Sequence record: AJ697969.1
Strand: one strand, 5' to 3'
Source: Pseudomonas phage EL
DNA length: 64,000 nt
Made by a program: the position numbers and the translations under genes. This document shows positions 1 through 9,358 of this stretch, one piece after another; within the stretch, counting starts at the first letter, position 1; every line of letters begins with the position of its first letter. The notes under the pieces were generated by a model. That model saw nothing but the letters and a program-made list of their open reading frames with translations, was not told where the DNA came from and did no database searches.

Positions 1-40
1 TTTTACTCCCCATTTCCTACACACGAACGAGGATTCACAC

Positions 41-397
41 ATGACCACTTCCAATGACAAAGCCAAAACCACCAACAAGTCCTTCACCGGTGAGCGCAAG
101 GAAGGTTTCGCAGCCACAACTGTCGCCGGGATCGTCGGAGGCGTCCTGGGTGCCGCCGCCCATTTCAATGGCACCAAAAACATCGGTTCGTCCCTGATCG
201 CCGGTGCGGCCGGTGTGACCGTCGGTTGGGCGGCGGGTCGTCTGGTGTCCCCTGTTCAACACCTCGGTACGCCAGCTACCATTCTGGGTAGTGCCTGGTC
301 GGGTCTGCTCGGTGCGTCGATCGCCATCACCGCGGGTGAACTGGCTGGTTCGGTAATGGGTGCTGCCCAAGAAGCCCTGCCGAGCGCCGGCGAGTAA
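41..397 (+). CDS. Small Gly/Ala-rich hydrophobic protein (glycine-zipper-like), host-like GC3-rich codon usage
   Basis: 118-aa ORF with start near 41. Repeated GxxxG/AxxxG hydrophobic stretches. Strong NNC/NNG third-position bias. Confidence 0.5.
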   Translation: MTTSNDKAKTTNKSFTGERKEGFAATTVAGIVGGVLGAAAHFNGTKNIGSSLIAGAAGVTVGWAAGRLVSPVQHLGTPATILGSAWSGLLGASIAITAGELAGSVMGAAQEALPSAGE

Positions 398-726
398 GTT
401 CTGCCCCAAGGAGAAGGTTATCCCTTCTCCTCTTCTTTTCAGTAACCCGCTCAGCCAGGAAGGTGTTTATTATGAAATCCAGCGGCCTGCTTCTTCTGTG
501 CGTTGGTGTTATGTTCGGCTTCTTGTTCGTGAACGCGAACTACGGCCAAGAGACTCAGGAAGATGAATCCCAAGAAGTGATCTTGGGACATCGTATTGCT
601 CCTAACGGGCAAGAAATCCTGGTCTACCAACACTGAAGAACCCACCCCCCGCTTCCTTGTCCTGTTTAAGAGGGATGAGGAGGCGGGTTCTTTACGTCTC
701 TTTCATTTTTCACATAGGGAAATACC

Positions 727-1158
727 ATGCTAACGCCAGATGAAGCGAAGAAACGTCGGGTAAGAGTGGCTGAAATCTTTAGTCTGATTTCGGAGGCTAA
801 TCAGCTTCTGGTTAAGGTCTCAGCCACCGCGAATGCTAACAGGAGTGAGGAGATGTTTGCGTTATCCATGTCTCTCCTGGAAGAGGCGGACACCAAGCTG
901 AATGCGTACAAAAAGGAATTCCCCAATTGTCTCTCCTTGAAGTACAACCGTTGGATGCAAGTCGGGGTGAATTCTGAGGGTGGGGTGAGTAATAAACAAG
1001 GGCTTCCTCAACCCCCTCTCTTGACTGAAGACAATCAGCTCTCCCCTGAGTGGGTGACTTGGTACAGTCAGGTTATGGGGTATTCCCATTCCCATGCCTT
1101 GGAGGTGGGTGAACTTCTGTTGAATGCGTATCAGAACCTTCCTCCCTCCGAAGTGTAA
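727..1158 (+). CDS. Hypothetical protein
   Basis: 143-aa ORF, ATG start, followed by a hairpin terminator. Confidence 0.5.
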   Translation: MLTPDEAKKRRVRVAEIFSLISEANQLLVKVSATANANRSEEMFALSMSLLEEADTKLNAYKKEFPNCLSLKYNRWMQVGVNSEGGVSNKQGLPQPPLLTEDNQLSPEWVTWYSQVMGYSHSHALEVGELLLNAYQNLPPSEV

Positions 1159-1174
1159 AGGATTAACGGCAAAC

Positions 1175-1205
1175 AGTCTCCCCCCTTAGGGGAGACTTTC
1201 TTGAG
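1175..1205 (+). terminator. Rho-independent terminator hairpin (agtctcccc/ggggagact) + T-rich tail
   Basis: Perfect 9-bp stem, 5-nt loop, followed by ttcttg. Confidence 0.55.
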
Positions 1206-1213
1206 AAAGACGT

Positions 1214-1465
1214 ATGTTTAGAATGAATAAGGGTTGTTACCCTACCGGAATAAATCCTAATGGAAAGTTTCTGAGTCAAGAGGAATTGTGGAAACTCCCC
1301 AATGGGACTTATGTAACCTCCCCTTCGCACCATCATCACGTCTATCAACACGCCCGTCGTGTTGAAGTTCGAGATGGTCAATGCTGGCTGGTCACTGATC
1401 CCAGGTATATCTATTCCCTTGAAGACTTCTTTAAATACAACCTGCTCTACAGGAAAACCGCATGA
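1214..1465 (+). CDS. Hypothetical small protein
   Basis: 83-aa ORF. Competes with an antisense 128-aa ORF. + strand preferred because neighbouring genes are +. Confidence 0.3.
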   Translation: MFRMNKGCYPTGINPNGKFLSQEELWKLPNGTYVTSPSHHHHVYQHARRVEVRDGQCWLVTDPRYIYSLEDFFKYNLLYRKTA

Positions 1466-1596
1466 AAAAGACCTGGATGTTGATGTCTCGTAGGAGACAT
1501 TCACCGAGCAGTATGGGATTGACCTAGGGAGTAAACTGGGCTCATTCATCGTTGATTAAAAACCTTTTGTCATTAATCCACTTATAGGACACCGTT

Positions 1597-2064
1597 ATGT
1601 CGAAGAAAATGCCGCCGGACTTCCGTAAACTGCACCTGGAAGCCTTGTACACCTACCTGAATGAAACCACGGGCGCGTGTGTCATCCTGGTTAACACCGA
1701 CGCCGGCCCTGAAGTGAAAGAAATCGGTCAAGGGAACCCCAGCGTCTTCTTCAACATCGGAGGGTTCGCGGTGAAGTACCTTCATTTCCATGAGGAGTAC
1801 GTTCATTTCGAATGCCGTTGCCAGGGGAAGGTATACGAGCTCTTCATCAAGTATGAAGATATCTTGGGTGTGCGGTATAACAGAGACTTGATTTACCTGG
1901 GTGGGGTGTGCCGAATAGTAGGTCAGGATGAAGACGGTCGGTTGATGCTCGCCCCTGGTGAAATCGCTCCTCCAGAACAGGATGATAAGAAAGAATCCTC
2001 CGTCCCCAAACCTCAGAACGGACACACCTCTCCGTTCAAGGTCATTGAAGGCGGTAAAGACTAA
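1597..2064 (+). CDS. Hypothetical protein
   Basis: 155-aa ORF with ATG start. Confidence 0.55.
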   Translation: MSKKMPPDFRKLHLEALYTYLNETTGACVILVNTDAGPEVKEIGQGNPSVFFNIGGFAVKYLHFHEEYVHFECRCQGKVYELFIKYEDILGVRYNRDLIYLGGVCRIVGQDEDGRLMLAPGEIAPPEQDDKKESSVPKPQNGHTSPFKVIEGGKD

Positions 2065-2083
2065 CCCCTCACTATCAATACCC

Positions 2084-2118
2084 CCGGTAGGGATAACCTA
2101 CCGGTGGTTAAATTATTC
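2084..2118 (+). terminator. Putative terminator hairpin (ccggtagg/cctaccgg)
   Basis: 8-bp stem with gataa loop followed by a T-rich stretch. Confidence 0.45.
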
Positions 2119-2189
2119 TGTTGAGTGTATCTAATACGTACATTGACCAGAATCATTTAGAGTTTCATAAACACCTGAGGTAATCCAAA

Positions 2190-2672
2190 ATGCTACCGAT
2201 TAAATCACGGCTACAAGAAATGATCATCAACGCCCAACCCCTCCCCGGCGTTGTGGATGACATTTACAAAGGCTACGAGGAAGTTAGGGTGTTCTTCTCC
2301 AACTTCGATCGGGTAATCACTCAACTCCCTTTCGATAAGGATATTCTCAATCACCTGCCCCGGGGTGAAGCCAAGACGGAGGACTTCTTCTTTCTCCACA
2401 CCATCTACCAGGAGCAGAACAAAGGCGCCATCCATGGCTTCGGAGAAGGGTATTCAGGGAACATTCGTTTCCGGATTAAGATCGTACGGAACACTAAAGG
2501 GGTCATTGCAGGGTTGACCGTAGGGACTCTGGGCTGGGGAATGAAAGATCTGGAACGGGATTTCAAGAACAAACACCTGTTGCATGGGGGTGTGGATTAC
2601 AAAGACGAACTCCTGGGTAAAGTGGTTCGTCATATTGAATTGGTCAAACTCTTCTACATCGAAGACATTTAA
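2190..2672 (+). CDS. Hypothetical protein
   Basis: 160-aa ORF. Confidence 0.55.
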   Translation: MLPIKSRLQEMIINAQPLPGVVDDIYKGYEEVRVFFSNFDRVITQLPFDKDILNHLPRGEAKTEDFFFLHTIYQEQNKGAIHGFGEGYSGNIRFRIKIVRNTKGVIAGLTVGTLGWGMKDLERDFKNKHLLHGGVDYKDELLGKVVRHIELVKLFYIEDI

Positions 2673-2697
2673 CATCTTTCAGAAGGAGTAACCCCCC

Positions 2698-3021
2698 ATG
2701 GTAACAGTTCGTAAGGAAGGTAAAGAACGGTCTCCTCTGTCGAGTCCCATCGTAGGCGAACGGGATTCCGTTGATTTCCATAACAACAAAGAACACCTGG
2801 AGAATGGGACGTATCGAGTTATCGAGTACGACGGGGAAATCAATTATTGTGTGTTAGACTATCTCGTTGAATCTTGGTACAGCGAGGAAGAACACATGGA
2901 ATTCCTCGATAATCTACACATGGACCATCTGGCCGAGAGAATAGGCGAGCCATACTGCGAAGACTTGGGAGAACCGTTCACCCAAGTCCTACATGACAAT
3001 TTCAGTGACCTTTTGACTTAA
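2698..3021 (+). CDS. Hypothetical acidic protein
   Basis: 107-aa ORF. RBS-like gaaggag upstream. Confidence 0.5.
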   Translation: MVTVRKEGKERSPLSSPIVGERDSVDFHNNKEHLENGTYRVIEYDGEINYCVLDYLVESWYSEEEHMEFLDNLHMDHLAERIGEPYCEDLGEPFTQVLHDNFSDLLT

Positions 3022-3038
3022 CAAGACGAGGGGGTGGT

Positions 3039-3824
3039 ATGAACACGTTTTACATCATTCAAGTCGACCAACGTTCCACTTCCCACCCGGGAACCATCAC
3101 TCAGTATTACGCCGAGGATCCCTCTTCTCGTGGTTATCCCGATTTCAGCAAGTCCTGGATGGACTGTAGCACTTTCCACAGCCTCGAAAGTGCTACTGAA
3201 GTCATTAACCGGATGCTCACTGATAAGAACACTCGCTTCGGTGATGGTTCGGTCTATCTTCCCCTCACATTCCGGATACTGCGTCGTGATTACAACGCAC
3301 CTGTTCCCGGTACGAAATACGAGTTCGATCTCTCCATTGTCGAGTTCTCCTACACCGATCCCTCCGACTTGAAAGTCAAAACAGTTGATCGCTGGGGAGT
3401 CGACTTCATATGGGGTGGAGGAGATAAACTCGCCAGGACTTTCTACCGCGTCGAAACGAATCCCGATCAACCCAACATGCCCTACTTGCCGGGTAAGAAT
3501 GAACCAAGTCTCTTCTACCCCAAGGCATTGGAGGGCGCTCACCCGTGGGTGTACTGGTATATCCGCAGTCATGAACTTGAGTTCACTTCCGCTTCAGTTA
3601 AAACTGCTTTGGAAGAGAAAGACAAGGTCATCGGTAAAATCAGTAACCAAAGTTCCAATGTGGAGCTTTACGACGAGATGTTTCCTAAAGCAGGCGACCG
3701 GGTTGCCGTGGGGGATCTAGTACTCCTGGGGGATGTTCTAGCTCTTCGTAATAAGAACTCCGATCTCACCCTGGAAGAAATCCACCAACAAAAATTGTCT
3801 CGTCGCGTTTCGAATAAACAATAA
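3039..3824 (+). CDS. Hypothetical protein, paralog family A (paralog of 4853-5659)
   Basis: 261 aa. Shares NEPS(L/V)FY...GAHPW(V/I)(Y/H)WYI..HELEFT and C-terminal L(S/T)LEE(V/I)H.Q(E/K)(I/L)(T/S)RR with the 4853 gene. Confidence 0.6.
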   Translation: MNTFYIIQVDQRSTSHPGTITQYYAEDPSSRGYPDFSKSWMDCSTFHSLESATEVINRMLTDKNTRFGDGSVYLPLTFRILRRDYNAPVPGTKYEFDLSIVEFSYTDPSDLKVKTVDRWGVDFIWGGGDKLARTFYRVETNPDQPNMPYLPGKNEPSLFYPKALEGAHPWVYWYIRSHELEFTSASVKTALEEKDKVIGKISNQSSNVELYDEMFPKAGDRVAVGDLVLLGDVLALRNKNSDLTLEEIHQQKLSRRVSNKQ

Positions 3825-3835
3825 AGACAGTCAGT

Positions 3836-3874
3836 CAACAGAGGCCCTGTGAGGCCTCTGTTGGTATTTATTTC
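3836..3874 (+). terminator. Rho-independent terminator (caacagaggcc/ggcctctgttg)
   Basis: 11-bp perfect stem, ctgtga loop, then gtatttatttc. Confidence 0.65.
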
Positions 3875-3893
3875 AGTAGTCAAGGAATTTGTA

Positions 3894-4358
3894 ATGGCTA
3901 GAAAAACCCTGTGTATGTTGATTCGCCATCACCAGTACGCGCTGGTAACCAATGACATCCAAAAGAGCGACTTCTTTTACACCTGCCCGTTTGAATCGAC
4001 CGTTGAAGGCCAACCGATTCTCTGTGCGGTGTTCTACAAGAAACCCAACCCCGAACGCATGAAAGCTGCGTATTCGCTGACGACTCTCCCCTGTCATTTG
4101 ACCCTTGAAGGATGGCAGAGCCTGATTGTGGATGCAGAACAACGCGCTATCCTCGTTACTCCCAGGCGGATCTATGATTTCCGTGGGGAGGAAATCAACG
4201 TGTGTAATGGAGAGAATAAGGGGTTTACCTTTGGAGCGGATGAATTCGTTCACCTTTTTGGTAAGTACCTCGACGTTAACGTTCCGTTGGGCGCTCTCTA
4301 CGCCGACAAGCAAATTGGTGAAGCATTTGAAGTTATCGCTGTAAAACCCCGTAACTAG
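3894..4358 (+). CDS. Hypothetical protein
   Basis: ORF starting at MARKTL, downstream of the terminator. aggaa RBS. Confidence 0.5.
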   Translation: MARKTLCMLIRHHQYALVTNDIQKSDFFYTCPFESTVEGQPILCAVFYKKPNPERMKAAYSLTTLPCHLTLEGWQSLIVDAEQRAILVTPRRIYDFRGEEINVCNGENKGFTFGADEFVHLFGKYLDVNVPLGALYADKQIGEAFEVIAVKPRN

Positions 4359-4433
4359 GAGGAGTGTTATGGGTACCCAAACGATCAGTTCGGCGATTAA
4401 CCCACAACCTTCCATTTCGTATTCGGGTGATTT

Positions 4434-4799
4434 ATGGAAAGAACGATCAAAGAAGTATTTGAATCGATGGCGAAGAATCTTCAAGATATCCAGCGCCTGA
4501 AGGGTCCTAACGCAAGGGTGTGTATTACCTTAGAGATTGACGGCGAAATAGTCGATTTCATCCTGCATCAGGGATATAAACATCAACCCACCCTCTTAAC
4601 TGCGATTATTATCTCAATCCGTATTCAAAATGTTGAAGGTATCCATCCCCAGGGAGTCATCATGATGTACAATGATGGCGAATTGTCGATGGGAATCTAC
4701 AAAGATGCTAAGTACGGCGGCGAAACGTTGGAAGGTGTGCTTCGTGTCGCCGAAGAATACATGAGTGAAGTCGAAGAAACCCCCCACACCCTCCATTGA
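4434..4799 (+). CDS. Hypothetical protein
   Basis: 121-aa ORF. Confidence 0.5.
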   Translation: MERTIKEVFESMAKNLQDIQRLKGPNARVCITLEIDGEIVDFILHQGYKHQPTLLTAIIISIRIQNVEGIHPQGVIMMYNDGELSMGIYKDAKYGGETLEGVLRVAEEYMSEVEETPHTLH

Positions 4800-4852
4800 T
4801 GGAATCCTCTACCCCGCGTCCTACAACCCTACTCCCTTAAAAGGAAGTCATC

Positions 4853-5659
4853 ATGTCTATTTCCTACATCATCCGGATTGATTCCCGTCTCAATAACCAA
4901 GGAGATGCCGTTACACGCTTCTATAACGTTCATGGTGGGGCGTTTGACCATCCCCGCTATATGACCCACTGGTACGACGCAAAAGCCTTCACAACGTTCC
5001 CTGAAGCCGTTAAAGTGGTTAAACGGATCATTGATGAGGAACCGGGGTTGTATTCCAAAGATCCTTACCGGGCGTTGTACGACCTCTGCTCCGCAGGGTT
5101 GGATCGCCCTATAGACCCGGATGGGTCCTACACCTTCGTGATTTACATTATCCGTTGCAATTCGGAGGATCCTTCGGACCCTCGAATGGAAGTGGTGGAT
5201 CGTTGGGATGTGGAGTTCTATCGGAATAAAACCCTACCCGACGGTCAGTTCAGTTCTATCGTATACCACGCGGAGGATAACCCCGAGGAGAGTGACCCCG
5301 GACGCTTCTACGTCCCAGGGGACAACGAACCCAGTGTCTTCTACTGTGACCGATTGGGTGGCGCGCATCCTTGGATCCATTGGTACATCATTACCCATGA
5401 GCTCGAATTCACCCACGAGAACATCGAATTCGCTAAGGATGAGAAAACCCGGGTAATCGAACAACTGCTGGAACAACAGAGCTGGGTGCCGTACTACAGT
5501 GAGAAATTTCCTCTCACTTCCCGAGAAATCGTTGTTCACCAACCCCTGCTGTTGGGGTATGTGTTGAGTAAGCGTAATGACAATCCTTCCCTGTCGTTGG
5601 AAGAGGTCCATTACCAAGAAATCACCCGGCGTAACACCAAACCGTCTGCTCATCACTGA
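4853..5659 (+). CDS. Hypothetical protein, paralog family A (paralog of 3039-3824)
   Basis: 268 aa. Conserved blocks shared with the 3039 gene. Confidence 0.6.
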   Translation: MSISYIIRIDSRLNNQGDAVTRFYNVHGGAFDHPRYMTHWYDAKAFTTFPEAVKVVKRIIDEEPGLYSKDPYRALYDLCSAGLDRPIDPDGSYTFVIYIIRCNSEDPSDPRMEVVDRWDVEFYRNKTLPDGQFSSIVYHAEDNPEESDPGRFYVPGDNEPSVFYCDRLGGAHPWIHWYIITHELEFTHENIEFAKDEKTRVIEQLLEQQSWVPYYSEKFPLTSREIVVHQPLLLGYVLSKRNDNPSLSLEEVHYQEITRRNTKPSAHH

Positions 5660-5692
5660 GCATTCCGTTAATCCTTATTCCACCGAGGGAGA

Positions 5693-6040
5693 ATGAACAT
5701 GAGAATGGTCCATTGGGCTCGATTGGTTAAAGAGTGCCTCCAACTTCAAGCCGTCAGCGATGATCGCTACCTGGGGGTCTGCTCAGGGTTGAGTTTGTTG
5801 TACCACAAGTACTTCCTGGCCAACGATCTCCCCCTCGAAGCCAACTACCCGGTGCTTACAGCCGCCTTTAAGGAACGGGTAGACCTGGGCCCACCGGCTA
5901 AGGAATCGGTTATGAGCGCTGAACACGCCCAAGAACTGGTTGAAACGGTGGAGGAGACCCTTCGTTACTACGTCAAGTTCTATGCGTGGGGTTGTAACCT
6001 GAAGGCTTCCTTCTGGGCGGAGGTAAAGGGTCAGCATTAA
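5693..6040 (+). CDS. Hypothetical protein
   Basis: 115-aa ORF. gagggag RBS. Confidence 0.5.
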   Translation: MNMRMVHWARLVKECLQLQAVSDDRYLGVCSGLSLLYHKYFLANDLPLEANYPVLTAAFKERVDLGPPAKESVMSAEHAQELVETVEETLRYYVKFYAWGCNLKASFWAEVKGQH

Positions 6041-6097
6041 TCTTCCACATCCGTTCCAATCTATGTCGGGCACTCTTTTTCTAGAAGAGGTAACCCT

Positions 6098-6289
6098 ATG
6101 CCAAGTGTATCACGTAAACAAGCCAACCTTATGCGAGACGCCGCCCACAGCGCTGAGTTCGCTAAGAAGGTGGGTATCGATCACGAGGTGGCTAAGCATT
6201 GGTACGAGGAAGACAAGAAGGTGGGGTGGTTCGACCCCAGTTCCAATAAAGCGGAATCTTCGAAAAAGACCCCTTCCAAGTCCAGTTAG
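6098..6289 (+). CDS. Small basic hypothetical protein
   Basis: 63-aa ORF. gaggtaa RBS. Confidence 0.4.
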   Translation: MPSVSRKQANLMRDAAHSAEFAKKVGIDHEVAKHWYEEDKKVGWFDPSSNKAESSKKTPSKSS

Positions 6290-6477
6290 TCGTTTCCGTA
6301 ATCTTTCCCTTGTAAGGGGTGCTCTCGTAACAGTAACCCTTAGCGGTTACTCGCAGTCGTCCGTGGCCGAGAGTATAAACAGTACAGGTCTATCTATTCC
6401 TTGTGATGGGGTGAATAGGTATGACAATGGCGAACGGACCCCTTTCGATTCAAGTGTAACACTGGAAGAAAAACACA

Positions 6478-6939
6478 ATGAATAAATACTGTGATCTTTA
6501 TGACGTGTTGGAACGGTTTGTTGGGCTGGTTAAACCTGTTGAATTTGGACTCCAACTGGGTTTTAAGGACCATCAGATTATCGGGGAGTTGAGATCTGTT
6601 GGTCTGCACTTGCCGCGTCAATCGGGTAAAACGACCCTGTTGTCCAAGTGGTGTTCGAAACACCCTGACGAAGTGTTCATCGTACACGGGTCTTCTCCAT
6701 GGTTAGAGGCTTTCAAAAGACTTTCAAACCTTCCCGAACTCCCCCCTTGGGTTTCGATCTCCAAAATACGAGACAACCAACCCTTGCTTACGGATCACTC
6801 GACCCTGAAGAAGATTAAATACGTGGTCGTCTATGGTTCGTCGGTTATTTTCTCCTACTGTGGACTCAAGCGTAAAGACTTCAACCAATGGGTGGCTGAC
6901 ACCTTTGGAACTGAAATCGTGGTGATCCATTTAGGTTAA
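6478..6939 (+). CDS. Small P-loop NTPase with terminase-like Walker A (P-RQSGKTT)
   Basis: Motif LHLPRQSGKTTLLS. Only 153 aa, so not a full terminase. Confidence 0.55.
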   Translation: MNKYCDLYDVLERFVGLVKPVEFGLQLGFKDHQIIGELRSVGLHLPRQSGKTTLLSKWCSKHPDEVFIVHGSSPWLEAFKRLSNLPELPPWVSISKIRDNQPLLTDHSTLKKIKYVVVYGSSVIFSYCGLKRKDFNQWVADTFGTEIVVIHLG

Positions 6940-6945
6940 GTTTAC

Positions 6946-7021
6946 TCCGTGATAGCTCAGTAGGTAGAGCAACTGTTTCGTAAACAGTAGGTCCCGGGTT
7001 CGAACCCTGGTCACGGAACCA
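6946..7021 (+). tRNA. tRNA-Thr (anticodon CGU) with encoded CCA
   Basis: Cloverleaf read by hand. Acceptor TCCGTGA/TCACGGA. D arm GCTC-AGTAGGTA-GAGC. Anticodon stem ACTGT/ACAGT with loop TTCGTAA. T arm CCGGG-TTCGAAC-CCTGG. Discriminator A followed by CCA. Confidence 0.85.
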
Positions 7022-7164
7022 AACATCGTTACCCCAAAGACTGGGACACACATGCTCGGCACCACCCTCCCCCAGATGCCCTGCGCCGTCCCGCTCCGCC
7101 AGCCATCCTGTTCTCTTCTCTCTTCCAGGGTGGACCGCGGCTTCTTGACAGGGGTGACGGTGTA

Positions 7165-7216
7165 CCTGTTCCCTACCTTTCTCAGAGGGGTGGGGAACAG
7201 GACCTTTTCTTTATCC
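7165..7216 (+). terminator. Putative terminator after tRNA (cctgttccc/gggaacagg)
   Basis: 9-bp stem with long loop followed by accttttctttatcc. Confidence 0.45.
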
Positions 7217-7238
7217 GCTATGTGCAGAGGATACCGTC

Positions 7239-7535
7239 ATGTCGTTCATTATAAAGGTCATGCGAGAGGACTGTGGGAATGGCACCTCCCGTGACTATGA
7301 AGGCATTATTGTGGGTCAGGGGGATCGGTTTGCTATCTCTTGGGATCCGCATAAAGAACAGCGGGAGCTCACGGTCGAGTTTGCTGATGGGAGAACCTTG
7401 CTCCGGGTGATTGATGGGGATCTTTACGTGGTGAATGCGGACGGTAAGACCATTTCCGGTACCCTCAAGAATAAGCCCTTGCTCCCCGGTACTTCCCACT
7501 CGAACCCCCGAGACAAACTCTCTTCTAAGCTCTAA
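7239..7535 (+). CDS. Hypothetical protein
   Basis: 98-aa ORF. Confidence 0.5.
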   Translation: MSFIIKVMREDCGNGTSRDYEGIIVGQGDRFAISWDPHKEQRELTVEFADGRTLLRVIDGDLYVVNADGKTISGTLKNKPLLPGTSHSNPRDKLSSKL

Positions 7536-7556
7536 CCCGTAAACACCGTGTAAACA

Positions 7557-7599
7557 CCCTCCTACCTCCTTTACAGGGAGGTAGGAGGGTTTATTACGG
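7557..7599 (+). terminator. Rho-independent terminator (ccctcctacctcc/ggaggtaggaggg)
   Basis: 13-bp perfect stem followed by tttatta. Confidence 0.7.
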
Positions 7600-7612
7600 T
7601 ATAGCGTATTTT

Positions 7613-7629
7613 AAACCTAGATTATTGAT
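7613..7629 (+). promoter_or_regulatory. Phage promoter-like motif AAACCTAgATTATTgAT (15/17 to consensus)
   Basis: 25 nt upstream of the ATG at 7655. Member of a motif family seen at least 7 times. Confidence 0.5.
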
Positions 7630-7654
7630 GCGTTAAGCCACGAGGAATAAATCA

Positions 7655-8191
7655 ATGTTTACTGAAAAACAAATGGAAGAACTTACCAGTGCTCGTAGAG
7701 AGGATGTGTGGAGTTATGACATATTTGAAATGACACTATTCCTGATGGAAACAGAGTGTGATGGTGGCGTCCCCTTCTTGAAACATATCATCATGTACAG
7801 TTTCAAGAAGATGCTCTCTGGAGAATCACTAGATCGTTATGCGATTGGACTGATGAATAAAATGATCTACGATACTGAAGGCCGTGATGCCAAGGGAATC
7901 GTAGAAAGGGTTGTGTTACAACGATTGACTGAAAGCGATATCCTGGAAGCCCACGCCTCCCTCATGATTTACATCACCAAAGCTAAGGAATTCCTGGAAG
8001 ACCTCAGTCAACGTTTCCCCGATCACTTCCAGAGTGTCAGCCGAGAAGAAACACCCAAAAAGTTCTGCTTTGCGAATAAACCGGCTCCGGAAGGGACGGT
8101 CAGGGAACTCGCCGCTAAATACGGTAAGTCGATCAGTGAAATCCGTAAACTCAAAGCAGCCGGTCGTCTTCATGAACTAGCACAGGGGTAA
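7655..8191 (+). CDS. Hypothetical protein
   Basis: 178-aa ORF. Confidence 0.6.
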   Translation: MFTEKQMEELTSARREDVWSYDIFEMTLFLMETECDGGVPFLKHIIMYSFKKMLSGESLDRYAIGLMNKMIYDTEGRDAKGIVERVVLQRLTESDILEAHASLMIYITKAKEFLEDLSQRFPDHFQSVSREETPKKFCFANKPAPEGTVRELAAKYGKSISEIRKLKAAGRLHELAQG

Positions 8192-8197
8192 TTGGTC

Positions 8198-8338
8198 ATG
8201 TTTTGGAAATTCACGTGTTACAACAAGGACACTTGGGAAGCCCCCCACCAAATGACCTTGATAGAAGCGGTCGAACTCTTTATGCGGGAAACCCAATACA
8301 GCCAGTGGGATATTCACTTCGTTGAGAATCTCCACTAA
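8198..8338 (+). CDS. Small hypothetical protein (46 aa)
   Basis: ATG 6 nt after the previous stop, preceded by aggggtaa. Below the 60-aa cutoff of the ORF track. Confidence 0.3.
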   Translation: MFWKFTCYNKDTWEAPHQMTLIEAVELFMRETQYSQWDIHFVENLH

Positions 8339-8377
8339 ACCGTTGTTAAACAATCTGTTAAACAGAAGGATAGCATT

Positions 8378-9136
8378 ATGAAACCCTTTCGAGTACCTGT
8401 TGGACGTCTCAGTAAAGATCGACTGGAATGGCTCATCCGTCATCGTAAAGAAAAGAAACGTGAATGTCCCTTTGGTGTTGCTCACTTCCCCAAAGGAACG
8501 ATCGCGGTATTCGAGTCCCCAACCCAGCGTTTTCTGAAAGAGGACGAACGTGAGTTTCCTGGTCAGCGGTACGCAACGTTCGAAGCGGAAGTGGAGGGTG
8601 TAGTCCCCAACGGACCGAACAGTTGGGTGGCTGTTCTAAAGGACCGTACGGCGATTAACATCGACTGGGCGCGCAAGATCATTAAACGGGGGGATGGTCC
8701 TCTCCGCGCCGCGGAGAATGACGTGGAGGACAGTCTGTGGAAAACCAGAGCCACCCACCCCCTGGATCCTGACACCCACCTTCCCATCAACAAACACCCC
8801 AACCACTACTACATCGACTCGATCTATCATGTTATCTACGGAAAATTGGAAGAGGTTAATAAAAATAACTTCGCCACTCATCTGATCGATGTGGATAAGT
8901 TGATTTCGCTGATGTGCGGTGATATCATTCGTCAGGCAACCTCCTGTGGTGATGGTGTTTACTGCCATTATCTCATCAGTAAGAAGAAGTTCCGCAAGAT
9001 CTTCAACCGTTGTCTGCCGCGTGCGCGCACCAGCCGGCGTAAAGAAGCTGAACGTCAGGCCAGGATCGAAGCATTCGAATACAACAGGTCGTTTGATGAC
9101 CGTTATGAAGACGATTACGACGACCCGGAGGTGTGA
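8378..9136 (+). CDS. Hypothetical basic protein
   Basis: 252-aa ORF. Lys/Arg-rich C-terminal region. Confidence 0.55.
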   Translation: MKPFRVPVGRLSKDRLEWLIRHRKEKKRECPFGVAHFPKGTIAVFESPTQRFLKEDEREFPGQRYATFEAEVEGVVPNGPNSWVAVLKDRTAINIDWARKIIKRGDGPLRAAENDVEDSLWKTRATHPLDPDTHLPINKHPNHYYIDSIYHVIYGKLEEVNKNNFATHLIDVDKLISLMCGDIIRQATSCGDGVYCHYLISKKKFRKIFNRCLPRARTSRRKEAERQARIEAFEYNRSFDDRYEDDYDDPEV

Positions 9137-9358
9137 AGAAGTGTTAGAAGCCCCTTAACCTGAAGACCGCCCCACTCCGTCTTTAAAGGAATAACTCCTA
9201 CGTGAAGGAGGGGATTCACGTAAATGCCGTTAAATCACACGTGTAGTCCCCAACCCTTCTCTAAACGGATCTTCGGTAGAAGCCGAACGGTTTACTTAAT
9301 GGTCCGGTTAGCCTTTAAGCTACCGAGAGTGACAGATTAGATACCCCATCACTGTATT

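Noticed and set aside
7052-7294. 80-aa ORF in the C-rich spacer after the tRNA
   Set aside because: It has no RBS. It overlaps a terminator-like hairpin and the start of the 7239 gene. The region is a pyrimidine-rich noncoding tract.
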